Positions 10,986-24,348 are shown, counted from the first letter of the whole stretch. The stretch is 58,819 bases of DNA, filler included, from Basidiobolus ranarum (GCA_040143965.1; 5 parts of 5 records of this genome joined end to end with filler, not necessarily neighbours in it), one strand, 5' to 3'. Program-made: numbers and translations. The notes: generated from the sequence alone by a model not told the origin.

Positions 10986-11710
10986 CACTTTTTCTTAGGG
11001 TTATGCTAAACAGGCAAATTCCTCCAGTCTTGAAGTAGCAATAGAGTTAAGGCTACATACATGAACTCACTGGTTGCTAGGTAACTCAATATTGCACTTT
11101 GAGCAATACTTAGAGTAGGGGGATGAAAAGCACCAGGTGGTGTGGACTTTTATATAGCTTATATACTAATCTAAATAAAGTGACAATCAAGACATCAATC
11201 TTTTAAGATATTGTGACAATACTGAATCATGTCCATACTAAATTGATGACCAATGTAATCAAGTTCAGAGGATGTAAATATAGTGTTAAGGGGCAAAGGT
11301 GGTAAGCAGAAAGGAAGGTACTCAGTACAAACTAAATGGACAATAGGACAAAAACCTGGAATAATGGGGATCAAGAAAGGTGTCTTGGAGGCAAGGTATT
11401 GCTTCCAAAGGCCTAGCTGGGAGTCTATAGCAACAGTTTCAGGCTGTTTTGTTTCATACAGCTATAAAGCTAACTCAGAAACAAGAGGATCATCTTATAT
11501 CAGTTTCTGGCATGATAGTGCATTTGAAGATGGTATGGCTAGCAACTTCTTAATCTGTGGATTTCTGCAGTCATTTAGTTGGAATTTAGGGTTAGGGTTA
11601 GGGGGGATGAAAAGCACCAGATGGTGTAGACTTTATTTAGCTTAAATACTAATCTAAACAAAGTGACAATCAAGACATCAATCTTTTGAGATATTGTGAC
11701 AATACTGAAT
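10986..11710. repeat. CpG-free repeat/TE remnant containing a ~110-bp direct repeat (11118-11227 and 11602-11710) and (TTAGGG)3 at 11586-11603
   Basis: Both copies of GGGGGATGAAAAGCACCAG...GACAATACTGAAT are visible. No CG dinucleotide was found in about 725 bp. The segment runs into an assembly gap. Confidence 0.7.
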
Positions 11711-11810
11711 NNNNNNNNNNNNNNNNNNNNNNNNNNNNNNNNNNNNNNNNNNNNTTAATTAATTAANNNNNNNNNNNNNNNNNNNNNNNNNNNNNNNNNN
11801 NNNNNNNNNN
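11711..11810. other. Assembly spacer (N run with TTAATTAATTAA linker)
   Basis: Identical 100-nt construct occurs four times in the window. Confidence 0.98.
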
Positions 11811-11820
11811 AGAGCTCACC

Positions 11821-13509
11821 ATCATCCCCATAATGCCACACCCGGCTGAGTCACTCGCTACATATTCAATATCCTTGACATGCTTCTTCTTAACATATAT
11901 CATCAATAACATTCCAACCAGTTGTTTGGATTTGAGCTATACATAAAGTAATCTCAGTTGAATGAACGACACAAGATAATGAAGACATAATTGTTTACCT
12001 TTATGTACGAGTCTTCCATGAGAGCCAAAGCTTTCTCAACACTGTAGGTCCATTCCTCTTCCTTGGTTCCATCATTAAGTAAGAAGGCCTCAGGGCTCAA
12101 ATCTAGCTCCTGGAAGCTAGACGCAAGTATCAAACAAATTAGAATGAAATGGAAACACTAACATATGGATACAAGTCACAAACCCTATTGCGATGATATC
12201 AGCATCTACCATTTGTCTCGAAGATTTGAACCAAGGAATCAAGCTTTCTTTTGATGGTCTTCCGTTGACATTCCAGGTACCTACAAATACTCTAACAAAA
12301 TGAAAAGCAGGATTAAGTTCAGTTTTGTTAGTAAAAATCGTGGCATTGCTTACTTTGCATCATCTTCAAGAGTAAACTCCTTTTCTCGTTCCTGCATCTT
12401 CTTCATGATATAGTCTTCTTTGATTTGATCAGAGTTGGGAGGTTCTTCGAGTTCTGTGTTGGAAGTCAATTGAGACATGGTCATAAACGGATTGTCTTCA
12501 CTTAATCTCAACCCTTAGAAGTATCCTGTAAATATTTAACTAGAATGGTGATGGAGAGTCCACTTTCGCTTACCTGCTAACGAGTTCCTCCCTTATAAAT
12601 GTACAAAATACGTGGTAGTTAAGATAACATTCATTCTTGGAATAAAATCATTTCAACATACTACTCTCATGTGCCACTCTCTCGTCCAATTCATGAACCT
12701 TGTAAAGTCTAACCCACTGGTGAGACTTCCCATGGTAGTGCCAATTATTCTTCTCTATTTATCATTTAATTTACCAATTATAATATAAAATTAACTCCAA
12801 ATGATGTTTCCTACTTGCACTCGCTATGTGTGTATTAACCTCATACTGTATACTTTGTACCACTTTAGTGCCCTTGATAGTAAGCATTAGGTGCTTTGGT
12901 CCACTTCTTATATTCACCAAATGACCTAGTACACCAAAAAGAAAAGTTCAAAACCGGTCGAAGAGAAGGAAAAAGAGAAATAACAAACCAGATTTATCTG
13001 ACGCACGATGTTTCTCATCGTCACTATTGTTTTGAGAGATTTTTTCTAGAAATGAGTTTCATCAAGTTTCAATGCAGGGTTAAAGTGGAATAGTAATAAG
13101 GATAAAGTGACTTACTTATGGATAATTCAAAGTCATCGTAGATAGGAAAAGTACCAGCAATGGTTATAATTTCTTTGGATTTTTTAAATAATAATACACT
13201 ATTCGAACGATAACACAAACCGCTTTTAGTTAAGAAAAGGGAAGTATTTCAAGTCTAGTTAAAGTGTCTCGTAAATTACCAAGCTTCTGGTGTCTTATCT
13301 CTTAAACTATTCACGATAATCGCTATCACTCCATATCCTTTTTTACCTGTCTTTGTCTTGTAAGTTACTTCTGTTGAGTGCTAAGAGTTAAAGGTAAACA
13401 ATAAGCAGTAAAAAGTAGGCTATAGAATGTCAATATAAAAGGATATTATCGTGCAGATTTCAGTGGCGCGTAGTTGCGATACTACTTGGTCTTTTGTGGA
13501 GTTCATCAT
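11821..13509 (-). CDS. INPP5B: Inositol polyphosphate 5-phosphatase, INPP5B/OCRL-like (5' part; truncated by gap), multi-exon
   Basis: Spliced translation gives an N-terminal PH-like segment (TFPIYDDFELSI), then VFVGTWNVNG, IAIGFQELDLSPEAFL, KSKQLVGMLLMIY and GCGIMGMM. The first intron is AT-AC. Confidence 0.85.
13378..13446 (-). other. U12-type (minor spliceosome) AT-AC intron in the 5-phosphatase gene
   Basis: 5' ATATCCTTTT, branch-like TTACCTTTAAC close to the 3' end, terminal AC. Removal joins ..EICTI to STEV.. in frame, while retention hits a TAG. Confidence 0.8.
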
Positions 13510-13712
13510 TTACGGTTGCAAGTATACTTGTACCCCGGTTTCGAGGAAGTATGTAACTTTCTTCTAAATAAGGACCGTCACAAGCTACTACGAATAATGC
13601 TAATGAAATGGATCTATAGGAATATACAGATGCATGAATAATGAAATTATAAATCTCCATTTTATTCAGGTTTGTGTAGTTGGGAATTAATAAATAAGAA
13701 TTAACTCCAACG

Positions 13713-14647
13713 CTAATAATATTTCATCTTTTGAGCAAAATCGTCAACTAACTTGGAATTATGTTGTTCAAGTATATCCAAATTTTGAACATCATCTAAA
13801 TGTGTAGAACAATTGGCAAGTAATATATCTCCTTTAACTACATCCAACTGGGAACCAACTTGGATTCTATAAATCGCCGTATTTTTAGCAAGTTTCTTCC
13901 AATTTTCGGCACCGGAACTTTGATATTGAAGCTCTTTGGTTAAATGCGTTAAAAGGTTAACAATTACACCACCGTGAGTAACGATTAGGATCTTGAGTTC
14001 ATCTTTTGTCTGGTCTTTATCCGAACCGTTTTGTGCCAAGTATGTTGAGATAATAGAATCCCAAAACCTAGACACTCTGTCATAAAATTGAGTTGCACTT
14101 TCACCACTCAAGGAAACGTATTCCTCAAAAGTTTGTCCTGCAGCATCGATAATTTGTTGAGCTTCAGACCATAGCACATCTGTCAAGGCTCCAGTGTCCT
14201 ATTAAAACTTTGTAAGTTACACGAACCATACAATGGAGCAACTCTATTGACTAACTCGTTCACGAAGTCTAGGTTCATATACCACTCGCTGCTCCTTCTT
14301 ATATTCCAATAAGGGCTCCAAAGTCTACAAAATGGACAAAACTAAGCAGTTGACCCAAGTATATATTACTTTGGTTAGACTTACCTGTTTTGTACGTGAC
14401 AAATCACTACAATATATCAAGTCAAATTCCTCACTACTTAAGCGATCCCCTAAAGCTTTTGCTTGACGTCTTCCCGTAGCATTCAGAGGTACATCTATCA
14501 GCAATGGGGGTTAGCTTTGAAGGATATTTGTTAGTGAACACATGGACTTTTACCAAGATGTCCTTGTAGCCTGATAGGTGGCTTGTTATAGTCAGTTTCG
14601 CCATGTCTGGCGATAGTGATAGAAAGTCTAGAATATAGCTCAGTCAT
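13713..14647 (-). CDS. Histidine phosphatase superfamily (phosphoglycerate-mutase/TIGAR-like) protein; 4 exons
   Basis: IARHGETDYN..LQGHLDVPLNATG..SDLSRTKQT..RLRERD, and ILIVTHGG in the last exon. Confidence 0.9.
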
Positions 14648-15177
14648 CTTGATAATGTAATCTTACCTGTCTAAGCTCTTCGAATAGCCATTCAAATATA
14701 CTCTTGATTACGCATTTAAGATGACTAAGGCCCACATGCTAGATGTAACTTAAACAAGTGTCTAGCTAAGTGTATAACTTTAAACAACTACGAGAAGTTG
14801 GTTACGCAGAAATAAGCTTAATTGTACTGTGATCAACATCCCAAGAATTAACATATCTGGGCAGAGTAAAAATCCAATGCAGCTGAGATTAAAATAAGCT
14901 TTCCCAATAGAAACTTCTTATTCTATCGAAATATGTACAGTATATATACTTATATACACAAAGGTACAACTTTTTCCTCGGAGGCATTGTGGATTTGTGG
15001 AATTGTGGCAATATTAGGAATTCTAATGCTTCTATTCTTTAATTTTGAGGGGTCTAGTATCGGTACCTACTTTTACCTACCCTGTCATTTCTTTTCAAGT
15101 ATTGCTTAACTCTTTGGTGTTCTTCTTACTAGTTTTCGTTCACATTATCACCACCACCTTTATATTCTTCTGTTAAA

Positions 15178-15569
15178 ATGAAACTGGCTTTCTGTCCTCC
15201 TGCTTGTGCAATTTGTTGTAGCATTGTTAGTGTGATTGGTATTATTTTCTTGGTAAGTTCTCTACGTTTACCCGAAGAAACCTCAACTGGTTACTTTTTA
15301 CTGACTTCATACGTTCAAAACAGGCTGTCCTTGGTCTTCTCTTTAAACTCGAGGTTCACGAACTCACAGAAGGTGATAAAGCTCCCGAGAAACCTCAAGA
15401 CGTTGCTCTAGGTTGCTTTGTTGCTGCTGGAATTTATGTTGCTTGCTTAGCACTGTCACTTTGCCAGGTATATTGAACTTTAATCTTTCGAAACTGGTAA
15501 CTTATATTCTGGTTATTTAATATTTTCTTTTTATAGACATGGCTCCACAAGAAGCAACATAAAGAATAG
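15178..15569 (+). CDS. RNASEK: RNase kappa / V-ATPase subunit f homolog; 3 exons
   Basis: Spliced product MKLAFCPPACAICCSIVSVIGIIFLAVLGLLF..VALGCFVAAGIYVACLALSLCQ.. is a small two-TM protein typical of the family. Confidence 0.8.
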
Positions 15570-15807
15570 CGATAAAAGCTAATTTCCCTTGGTAGAACCA
15601 CCCCTTTGTCGGGCTTACTTTCTCAGCATCAAAATGATAAGAATTTACACATTAATTTTCATTTATACCCTCGTATTCCATTTCAACACTACATCGTTTA
15701 ATAAAACTTAACATGATTTATATAAAAAGAAGAGGAAACAAATGCTCAGATATGAAAGAAAAGGGAGGAAAGGAATTATCTAAAAATTGAAAATATTCAT
15801 ACAAGAG

Positions 15808-17192
15808 TTACAGGAAATAAGGAGTAGCACCTGACCTAGCAGGTGCATTTCGTTCTTGATCTGGTACCGCTTCGAATATTTTAAAACTACTCTCATCGAT
15901 AGTAGAATTTTCTTTTACTTGCATGATACTAGCTACATTTCCACAACGATAACAGTAGTTCGGTGCTGACCATACGGTGACTAAATTTTCATCTGGGAAC
16001 ATGAATTTGTAACCTTCTTGCACCAGTTGATGCGCTCGAGCAATTAAATCAAGTCCGTTCACATGGTTAAACTATCAAAGGAAATATAAATCTTTTGCTC
16101 ACTCGAGTAGCTTCATGAGAATATAGTTACCTCACTAGTGACTCTACCACCGAATAGCCACCCTGCGCCTCTAGGGCTTACTGCCCATCCATCTATTTCC
16201 TCTGGATCCGACCACATCAGATCTAACCATTATACAGTGAGAAATCTATTCAATAAGAATGTAAAGGTATTCTATCTATACCACAAAATGAGCCTTCGTG
16301 GGGAATCTCTTGACAGCGTTGTATCGTTCTAATTTGATCGAGGGTTCTAACATCTGGTGAAAGTCCACCATGTACACATAAAATACTTCCATCAATAACC
16401 TATAAAGAGATATATTTCAATTTAAAAATCCTTCAAACGTTCAATCCGTTAGAATAAAGTTACCGCTGCGATGGTTAAATAATCGAATACTTGACAACAA
16501 TATTTCCAAACGTTCGCATTTCCATATTTCGTTTGACATTCATCTGAAGAATGGAGTAAGATTTAATACATGAAGGGAAATGTTTTTTTTATCAGTCAAT
16601 TTTAGTAAAGAATAATACCATAGAAACCATAAACTTGAGTGATCTGTCTACTTTCATGGTTACCACGTAATAAAGTGATCTTATTTGGATAACAAGCTTT
16701 CAACACCATCAATAACGTGAATGTTTCCAAACTATAATAACCACGATCTACAAAGTCTCCCTAAAAGAACCAAATATTTAGTTATTCTTTCTCTCTTTCA
16801 AAAGGGTAGTAGAAAATAAATCATGTCTCGGTTAAATGTTTACCATGAAAATATAATTCGTCTTGGGAATTTCTCCACCAACACGAAATAACTCTTTAAG
16901 ATCATAAAATTGTCCATGAATATCCCCACAAACAGTGACGGGTGAATGAACTGGTTGAACATTTGACTCTTCCAACAACAATTCTTTAACCTAATGATGA
17001 AAGAATCCCGACGATTTAATGATTAAATAAAAAAGGAAACATCCTCTCAAAGATAATAGAGTTTTTCCATTTCCATTCTCTTTGGAGATAATAGAGCATT
17101 TACTGTACCATTTCACAAAGCTTTTTCATATCTGGTTCCGATAGATGTTGACATTGGAAAATTGTATCCAACCATTGTTCAGGACTACTCAT
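15808..17192 (-). CDS. SIT4: Ser/Thr protein phosphatase 6 (Sit4/Ppe1) catalytic subunit; 7 exons
   Basis: [46 protein letters not shown] and C-terminal TPYFL. Confidence 0.93.
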
Positions 17193-18170
17193 AGTATTTA
17201 AACTAAAATAAAGAAATTAACCAAGAGAAAGTCTTGGATAATTAATAGAAACCAACAAGCTGAAGGAAGGTGATATTAGAGCCAAAGTAAAAAGTTCTTA
17301 AAGTAATAGTTCGTTCCATGTTGTTGATGATGGCATTAAGGTGAATTTGGTGTGCCCATAACTGATTATATACTTGAATTATAAATGGATTAATTTATCC
17401 CCAATATTAATCAATCTGATTAACTCTTGTGCAATAGGCGTGATTTCAGATTATCACTGAACAAGTAACGTGTTCGCTTGTGCGAAAGAAAAAATTGCTT
17501 GGCATTATCGTCGCTATTAATGGATTTCCTATTTATGGAAGAGAAATGAATGATCTTGTAATTTATTCGAAACACTTTCTGTTGAGCCTCGCTATATATA
17601 AATATTATCTAGATTCAACGACTCAAGTACTATTCCATATTGAATATATGCCGATATCCGAATCTGCACATTCACGCACCTTGTACCAGTGATGGGAAGG
17701 CGATGAAGATAAGAAAGCCAAGACTCCAAGCTCAGTACATGGCTTGTGTACCCCTTTAATCCAGTCAAATTCCTTAACATGGAAAAAAGGGAACACTTGG
17801 AAAAAGAAACATAGCTGAGACAGTCTCGAAATGGGCATGCATATAGAAATGTATTATATAAAGAGTTCAGTAGAATCCTCATCGGGATTGTGTTGTCAAT
17901 TTTCAAGATTAAGTTAAGGACAATATGAGTTTATTTCGATGATTTCCGGATTTGGGAATCCAAATCAAGGTACCTTCGCAGGCTGTCGTCCAAAATGGTT
18001 TTCCCATACACATATCTCCATTGTGCCACAAATTAACATACCCTTATAGGGTGGAGGTTTGAACATACTGCGTGCAACTGTATCTAAGCAGACGATTGGT
18101 GGGGTTAAGGCAATTGATTGTAATAAAACTCTCCAGTACACAAATATCATTTATCATTTTTCCTCCTACA

Positions 18171-19607
18171 ATGTCTCCTCCACAGTCCTTGGTGGTAGTT
18201 CCTGCAGTATGCCCTACGTCTCCACCTTTGATGAAAACCTCTAAATCTTCCTCCTTTACCATGGAAGAAGTGAGAACTCGTGTTCAAAACGGCGAGATCT
18301 TAATCGTTTATGATGGTAAGGTTTACAAGCTTAACAAGTGGATCAAGCACCACCCTGGAGGTGAGCTTGCTGTCAGACATATGCTGGGCAAAGACGCTAC
18401 CGATGTTGTTCGAGCAATGCATCCTGAGTGGGTTCTTACGAAAAAAATGAAACATTTTTATGTTGGTGACATGATTGAAGACCCTCTTGCTTCTCTTCAT
18501 CCTAACGCTGACCTCAAAACTCAACAGAGTATCTCTGAAGCTTACAAACGCCTTGAAACTAAAATCCGCGGTCAAGGACTTTACAACACTAACTACATGT
18601 GTTACGCTTGGGAAGCAATTCGCTGTGGTATTGCCTTTGCAATAATGTTATCGTTAATCGTCTGGGGACCTCAAAACTATTGGAATTATTTCATTGCTGC
18701 TCTTGCTAATGCTTTCGTTTGGCATCAAAGTGCTTTCTGTGCACATGATGCAGGCCATAACGAAATCACCCATAACATGAAGTACGACAGTACCATTGGC
18801 ATTCTCCTAGGAAACTACCTTGGTGGCTTATCTATCGGATGGTGGAAGAAGAGTCACAATGTTCACCATATCATTACCAACCACCCCGAACACGATCCTG
18901 ATATTCAACTGCTACCATTCTTTGCAGTTACCTCAAAATTCTTCAACAACCTGTTCTCCACTTACCACAACAAAGTATTGGTATTCGACGGCGCCTCTAA
19001 AGTTCTGATCTCTATTCAGCATTATCTTTATTATCCTATTCTTTGCTTTGGCCGTTTCAATCTCTATGTTCAAGGGCTTATTTTCTTGATCACCGATGAG
19101 CATGCACCACTCCGTAAGTGGGAATTGTTGGGAATGGCCTTTTTCATATCGTGGTACTCGTACCTACTCTCTTTCATCCCAAGCTGGGGAATGATTTTCA
19201 TGTATGTCATGGTTTCCCATGTATTTACTATGATGCTTCACGTTCAGATTACTTTGTCTCACTATGGAATGTCTACTGACGACCACGGACCTGACGAAAG
19301 CTTCGCATCCCGCCAACTTCGTACCACTATGGATGTTGATTGTCCAGCTTGGTTTGACTGGTTCCATGGAGGTCTTCAATTCCAGACAATCCATCATTTA
19401 TTCCCTCGTGTTCCCAGACATAATCTTCGGGCTGTTCGTCCACTAGTGGAGGAGTTCTGCAAGGAGGTTGAGCTCGAATACCATAATTATGGGTTTATTA
19501 AAGGCAATGGAATTGTTATTGGAGCACTCCGAGATGTTGCCAATCAAGTATCTTTCATCATGAAAGTAGCAGCACATGAAGCACGTAACCATGTCCACGT
19601 AGAATAA
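18171..19607 (+). CDS. SLD1: Cytochrome b5-fused delta-8 sphingolipid desaturase (intronless)
   Basis: HPGG haem motif, His boxes HDAGH, HNVHH and QTIHH, plus HPEHDPDIQ and RQLRTTMDV. First ATG at 18171. Confidence 0.85.
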   Translation: MSPPQSLVVVPAVCPTSPPLMKTSKSSSFTMEEVRTRVQNGEILIVYDGKVYKLNKWIKHHPGGELAVRHMLGKDATDVVRAMHPEWVLTKKMKHFYVGDMIEDPLASLHPNADLKTQQSISEAYKRLETKIRGQGLYNTNYMCYAWEAIRCGIAFAIMLSLIVWGPQNYWNYFIAALANAFVWHQSAFCAHDAGHNEITHNMKYDSTIGILLGNYLGGLSIGWWKKSHNVHHIITNHPEHDPDIQLLPFFAVTSKFFNNLFSTYHNKVLVFDGASKVLISIQHYLYYPILCFGRFNLYVQGLIFLITDEHAPLRKWELLGMAFFISWYSYLLSFIPSWGMIFMYVMVSHVFTMMLHVQITLSHYGMSTDDHGPDESFASRQLRTTMDVDCPAWFDWFHGGLQFQTIHHLFPRVPRHNLRAVRPLVEEFCKEVELEYHNYGFIKGNGIVIGALRDVANQVSFIMKVAAHEARNHVHVE

Positions 19608-19795
19608 GTTCCAAGTATTTGGCTGTAAAAATAGGATTCTCTGTATATTACTTCATTCCATTCTGTATTCCGCATCATCAGTTCATATCCAGATTAAGCG
19701 TCTAGATCCCTCACAATTCCTTCATGCCATACCCCTTAATACATCAACATATTTAATTCATACTTGAATAAATCAATGCTACTGGTTACATTAAA

Positions 19796-19819
19796 CTATA
19801 TGTATATATATATATATAT
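19796..19819. repeat. (TA)n microsatellite, one interruption
   Basis: TATATATGTATATATATATATATA-type run read directly. Confidence 0.85.
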
Positions 19820-20163
19820 GGGTCATAATATGCATTTCGACAGTGGAGACAGGTTTCAGTAACCTGTACCATAATATCAATTTAAGATTGCCATATATTC
19901 CATGAGCAGTCATTGAAAAGGGATCCAATTCCGTCTATTAAAATCCTAAAATTCTACGAACTCCCTTGTACACTTGGTTCAAGAGAGTAAAGCCTTTGTT
20001 ATCGACTGTATTTTATTTTGTATTTATTGTATCTCTTTTATCTACTCACCGACTTCTTATTGTATCTATTGAGCCCTTATTATCTACTGTACCAACTTCT
20101 TATTCTGAGCTTTCTCGTTGGATATTTATTGTTTTTGTTTTGTACCAAATTTGAGTAAACATT

Positions 20164-22462
20164 ATGTCTACTCTAGTTAAAAAAGGTTACTTGTCCCTCA
20201 AGGAAGAGGGTCTAAGAGCGTGGATATGGTCGAAGCGTTGGGTGTTACTACGCGAGATGACGCTAACATTTCATAAAAACGAGGTATGTATCTTGCTAGA
20301 AGCAATTTCTTGCCCCTTGAATAATATATTTAGTCGAGCCAAACATGCCGAGTTTATATTCCCTACACTTATACTTTCATTAAAACCAACTTTCTTAGAC
20401 TTCACCGCAACCAGTTGCTTTGATTTTTCTTAAAGAAATATTTGCAGTGAATCGAACCGATCTTAAACCTTATTGCTTCGAGATTGTTACCAAAGATCGT
20501 ACTTATTATTTATCTTGTAAAAGTGATGAGGAAATATATTCTTGGATGGATGCTATTTATCAAGTAAATATTCTATTTGTTGGTTCAATTAAGAAAAACT
20601 TTTCTCTAACTTGAACTAATCTGGCTTGAAATGAAGCGTTCCCCACTTATGGGCGTCTCAAATCCAACCAATTTTCAACATAGGATACACGTTGACTTTG
20701 ATGCTAATACTGGGATGTTCACTGTATGTTTACTTATATGTTCTCTTGATAGAACCATGTTGGTAATAATTCAATGGAATTTATGTTATATAGGGTCTTC
20801 CTGAACAATGGGTAAACCTCTTATCACATTCAGCTATTACTAGAGAAGATTACACCAACAATCCACAAGCGGTATTACAAGCTTTGGAATTTTATACTGA
20901 TCAAACTCAACGCGAAGAAGATACCTACACAAGTCAAGGAAAATGGGCTGGATTACTACCACAGGTAATTGTCTTTTATTGTGAAAATAATCTTTACCTA
21001 TATCTTATCTATGGTTATTTAGAATCCAAATCAAACTATCCCTAATCGTCCACCCCCATCTCCTAAAGCTCCCAACGGATTACCCACTCCTCCAACTGGC
21101 GTAAGTTTATAGCATCATCAATCATGTTGAACTCCATTAACATTTAATTCATTCGAATTAGTCGTCACCTACTTTCAAACTTCCACCAGCTCCAAATCAT
21201 TCAGCTAAAGATATTCAATTACCCCCTCCGCCACCACCGCCAAAGTTGCAACCACAAGGAGAACCACCTAAGACTGCTCCACCTAAACCCTCGAACAAAA
21301 TCAAAGATCAGAGACTTTCTAACTTGACTGAAGCACAAATATTGGAGAAACTGAGTTAGTACCATTTACATAAGAGTTACAGTGAAGAAGTAACTGGTAT
21401 ATTAACATGTTAATTAAGAGACTGTCGTATGCAAGGGAGATCCAACCAATTTGTATCTAAAAATCAAGAAGATTGGTCAAGGGTTGGTCATCTATTTGAT
21501 AGACATTTACCCTTTTCTTCGCTAACATGAACATTATCCTATAGAGCATCTGGTTCAGTATACGCTGCACGTTCTCTCGCTAACAATAAGCGAGTGGCTA
21601 TCAAACAAATGGATCTGGCCCATCAACCGAGAAAAGAACTCATCGTGAATGAAATATTGGTCATGAAAGAGGCTCAACATCCCAATATTGTCAACTATCT
21701 GGATAGTTACTTGGTCAATTCCAATGAGCTGTGGGTGATCATGGAATACATGGAAGGTGGCGCACTCACCGAAGTCATAGATAACAATACTCTCACTGAA
21801 AGTCAAATAGCTACTATATGTCATGAGGTGAACACTCTCTCTAACTCTTCAACCTTAATTCGCTCTAATGATTCTCCATAGACATGTCAAGGTTTACTTC
21901 ATCTTCACAATCAAAATATCATTCATCGTGATATCAAGAGTGATAACGTATTACTCGACTACGATGGAAGTGTTAAAATCAGTAAGTCATATCCATTCTC
22001 TTCCTTTCCTTACTCGCTTCTCTTCTCACTCATGTCATTCTATCAGCTGACTTTGGATTCTGCGCGAAACTGACGGAACAAAAGAATAAACGTGCGACCA
22101 TGGTAGGTACACCCTATTGGATGGCACCCGAGGTAGTGAAACAAAAAGAATACGATGCCAAAGTAGACATCTGGTCACTTGGTATTATGGCGATAGAAAT
22201 GATTGAGAATGAACCACCATATCTTGACGAAGAGCCTTTAAAAGCACTTTATCTCATCGCCACTAATGGTACACCCACTCTAAAACGACCAGAATTACTT
22301 AGTAATGAATTGAAATCCTTCTTAGCAGAATGTCTTTGTGTGGATGTTAAAAGTAGAGCTACTTCAGAACAATTATTATTGAATCCATTTTTAGCGAAAG
22401 CACTTCCTCCCGCTCATTTAGCACCTTTATTGAGATTTCGTAATCCACCAAAATCCAATTGA
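20164..22462 (+). CDS. CLA4: PAK kinase, Cla4 type (PH + CRIB + Pro-rich linker + kinase); multi-exon
   Basis: PH domain ([14 protein letters not shown]), CRIB ([16 protein letters not shown]), kinase motifs [18 protein letters not shown] and GTPYWMAPE. Confidence 0.92.
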
Positions 22463-22559
22463 TCCTATTCTTTTTTTCCCTCATTCTCTCTCATTAATTA
22501 GATCTTTTATCAATAAACCTTCTACTCCATTTTGTTTAATTCTACTGGTTACTATCATA

Positions 22560-23504
22560 ATATGAATTTAAAGATATCTTAGTTGGAATAATAGAATAAC
22601 CTTAAGAATGATACTCCACTACAAGGCCATTAACTTTCAGTGATGTTGGTCTAAGTGAATGATTTTAGTCAATATATTTCTCATTAGTTACTATTGTTTT
22701 TCAAGTCTATATTGGACTCAATATGCTATCAAACAATTTGTGATAAAAAAGAAATTCAACAACTTTAGAATCTAATACTTGCAAATATCTAACTATTATC
22801 ATCATTGGCAATGAGAATAAGCTGTTGAATTTGAGCAAATATTATAAAGAAATTGAGCCGAAATATCTTCAATTTATAAAAATTAAAAAAATGTCCCACT
22901 ACAAGTGGAAATGATACTACTTGAATCTGTTACCCCATGACTAAAACAGAAATAATACATATATACCTCTATCTTACTGGTATATATATAACTTACTTAA
23001 ATGAGATACCTTATACTATTACAGAACCCTATATTCCAAAAAGTGGAAATATATCTATCCACTCTAAAAATTTAAATGGCTTCATTGTTTATATATTTGA
23101 CATCTTAGCATGTTTCTCTATGCTGAGAAATATAGGTTTGGATATACCAATAAATGTTTCTAAATATGGTATTTTTGGTGTGCCTATTTCTTCAAATTTG
23201 TAGAATCTTTTAAGATGAAGATAACCTTGTAGCTCTATATTGAGATATAAATCTAGAAATATTTGTTGGAGGATCTTGACATAATGGGGGTAGACTTTGG
23301 GCATTAGAAACAACTTATGATAGTGTGTTTTAGTTACTTTATTCTTAGGAGTATATGGTGACTTATATAGTAGAAAAGTAAATCAATTGTTTAAGATATT
23401 CAGGAGTTTGTGTAATAAGATATAATAGATAAGTGGGGTAATAAGACATACTTGTTATATAGATATAGAGATATACCTATTTAGAATATAGGGGCTATAG
23501 ATAC
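22560..23504. mobile_element. Degenerate AT-rich, CpG-depleted repeat/TE remnant (family not identifiable)
   Basis: Only one CpG seen between 22441 and 23504, no coherent ORF, and it abuts a gap. Confidence 0.35.
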
Positions 23505-23604
23505 NNNNNNNNNNNNNNNNNNNNNNNNNNNNNNNNNNNNNNNNNNNNTTAATTAATTAANNNNNNNNNNNNNNNNNNNNNNNNNNNNNNNNNNNNNNNN
23601 NNNN
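23505..23604. other. Assembly spacer (N run with TTAATTAATTAA linker)
   Basis: Same 100-nt construct. Confidence 0.98.
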
Positions 23605-24348
23605 CATCCGGGAAAGCAACTAGAGCTAGTACTTCCAATAGCTCTCCAACTAAAGCTTATTCCCATGAGTACCAAAATTCCCTAGAACATCTAGGCATCC
23701 TTGAAGACCATTTCTTACTGAAGTTACACCATGAAATCCGGAATCCTTAGTGTGCTTGGGACGCTGATGTTGCCTGTCATCAGTGTTTTGAACAGATACT
23801 GGTAGGCACCAATTACTTCTGGGGCCATCCTGGGTTTTACCTCAGAAACAACCGTCTTCCTATATTGGACACATCAAATACACCTTGCCTCAGAAGTGCA
23901 AATGGTATACCTAGTGGTTATCATTGGTTGGATTGAAGATACAACTCTGAGTATACATTGTTTCAGAGCAAGTACACGTGTGTTGGATATCTCTCTTTCT
24001 GTATTGGCCATGTAATTTGACAAACTCTACGAATGGGTCTCGTTGAATAATTCAATGACTTGTACTTGACAAAGCCCATCTTTCACGAAACTATCATGTG
24101 AATCATAGTCAACCATTCATCAACTGCCAATATATGCTTACTAGAAAGGGTTGGTTAGAGTGATGTCATATGCGACACATCAGCTAATAATAGTCCAAGA
24201 GGTGTTCGTCATATGGGGTCATCAAACTAACCAATCACCACTCACCTGGACAATGCCCGAAGTCTCGTACATGCGTTTAGATATGAATATAAACCACACC
24301 AGAGCGTAAACTAAATTAACATTATATTACTCAACGTCCTCTATTACA

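Noticed and set aside
11755-11766. Palindromic TTAATTAATTAA repeated four times in the window
   Set aside because: It always sits inside a 100-nt N run and gives stops in all six frames. It is an artificial contig linker, not biology.
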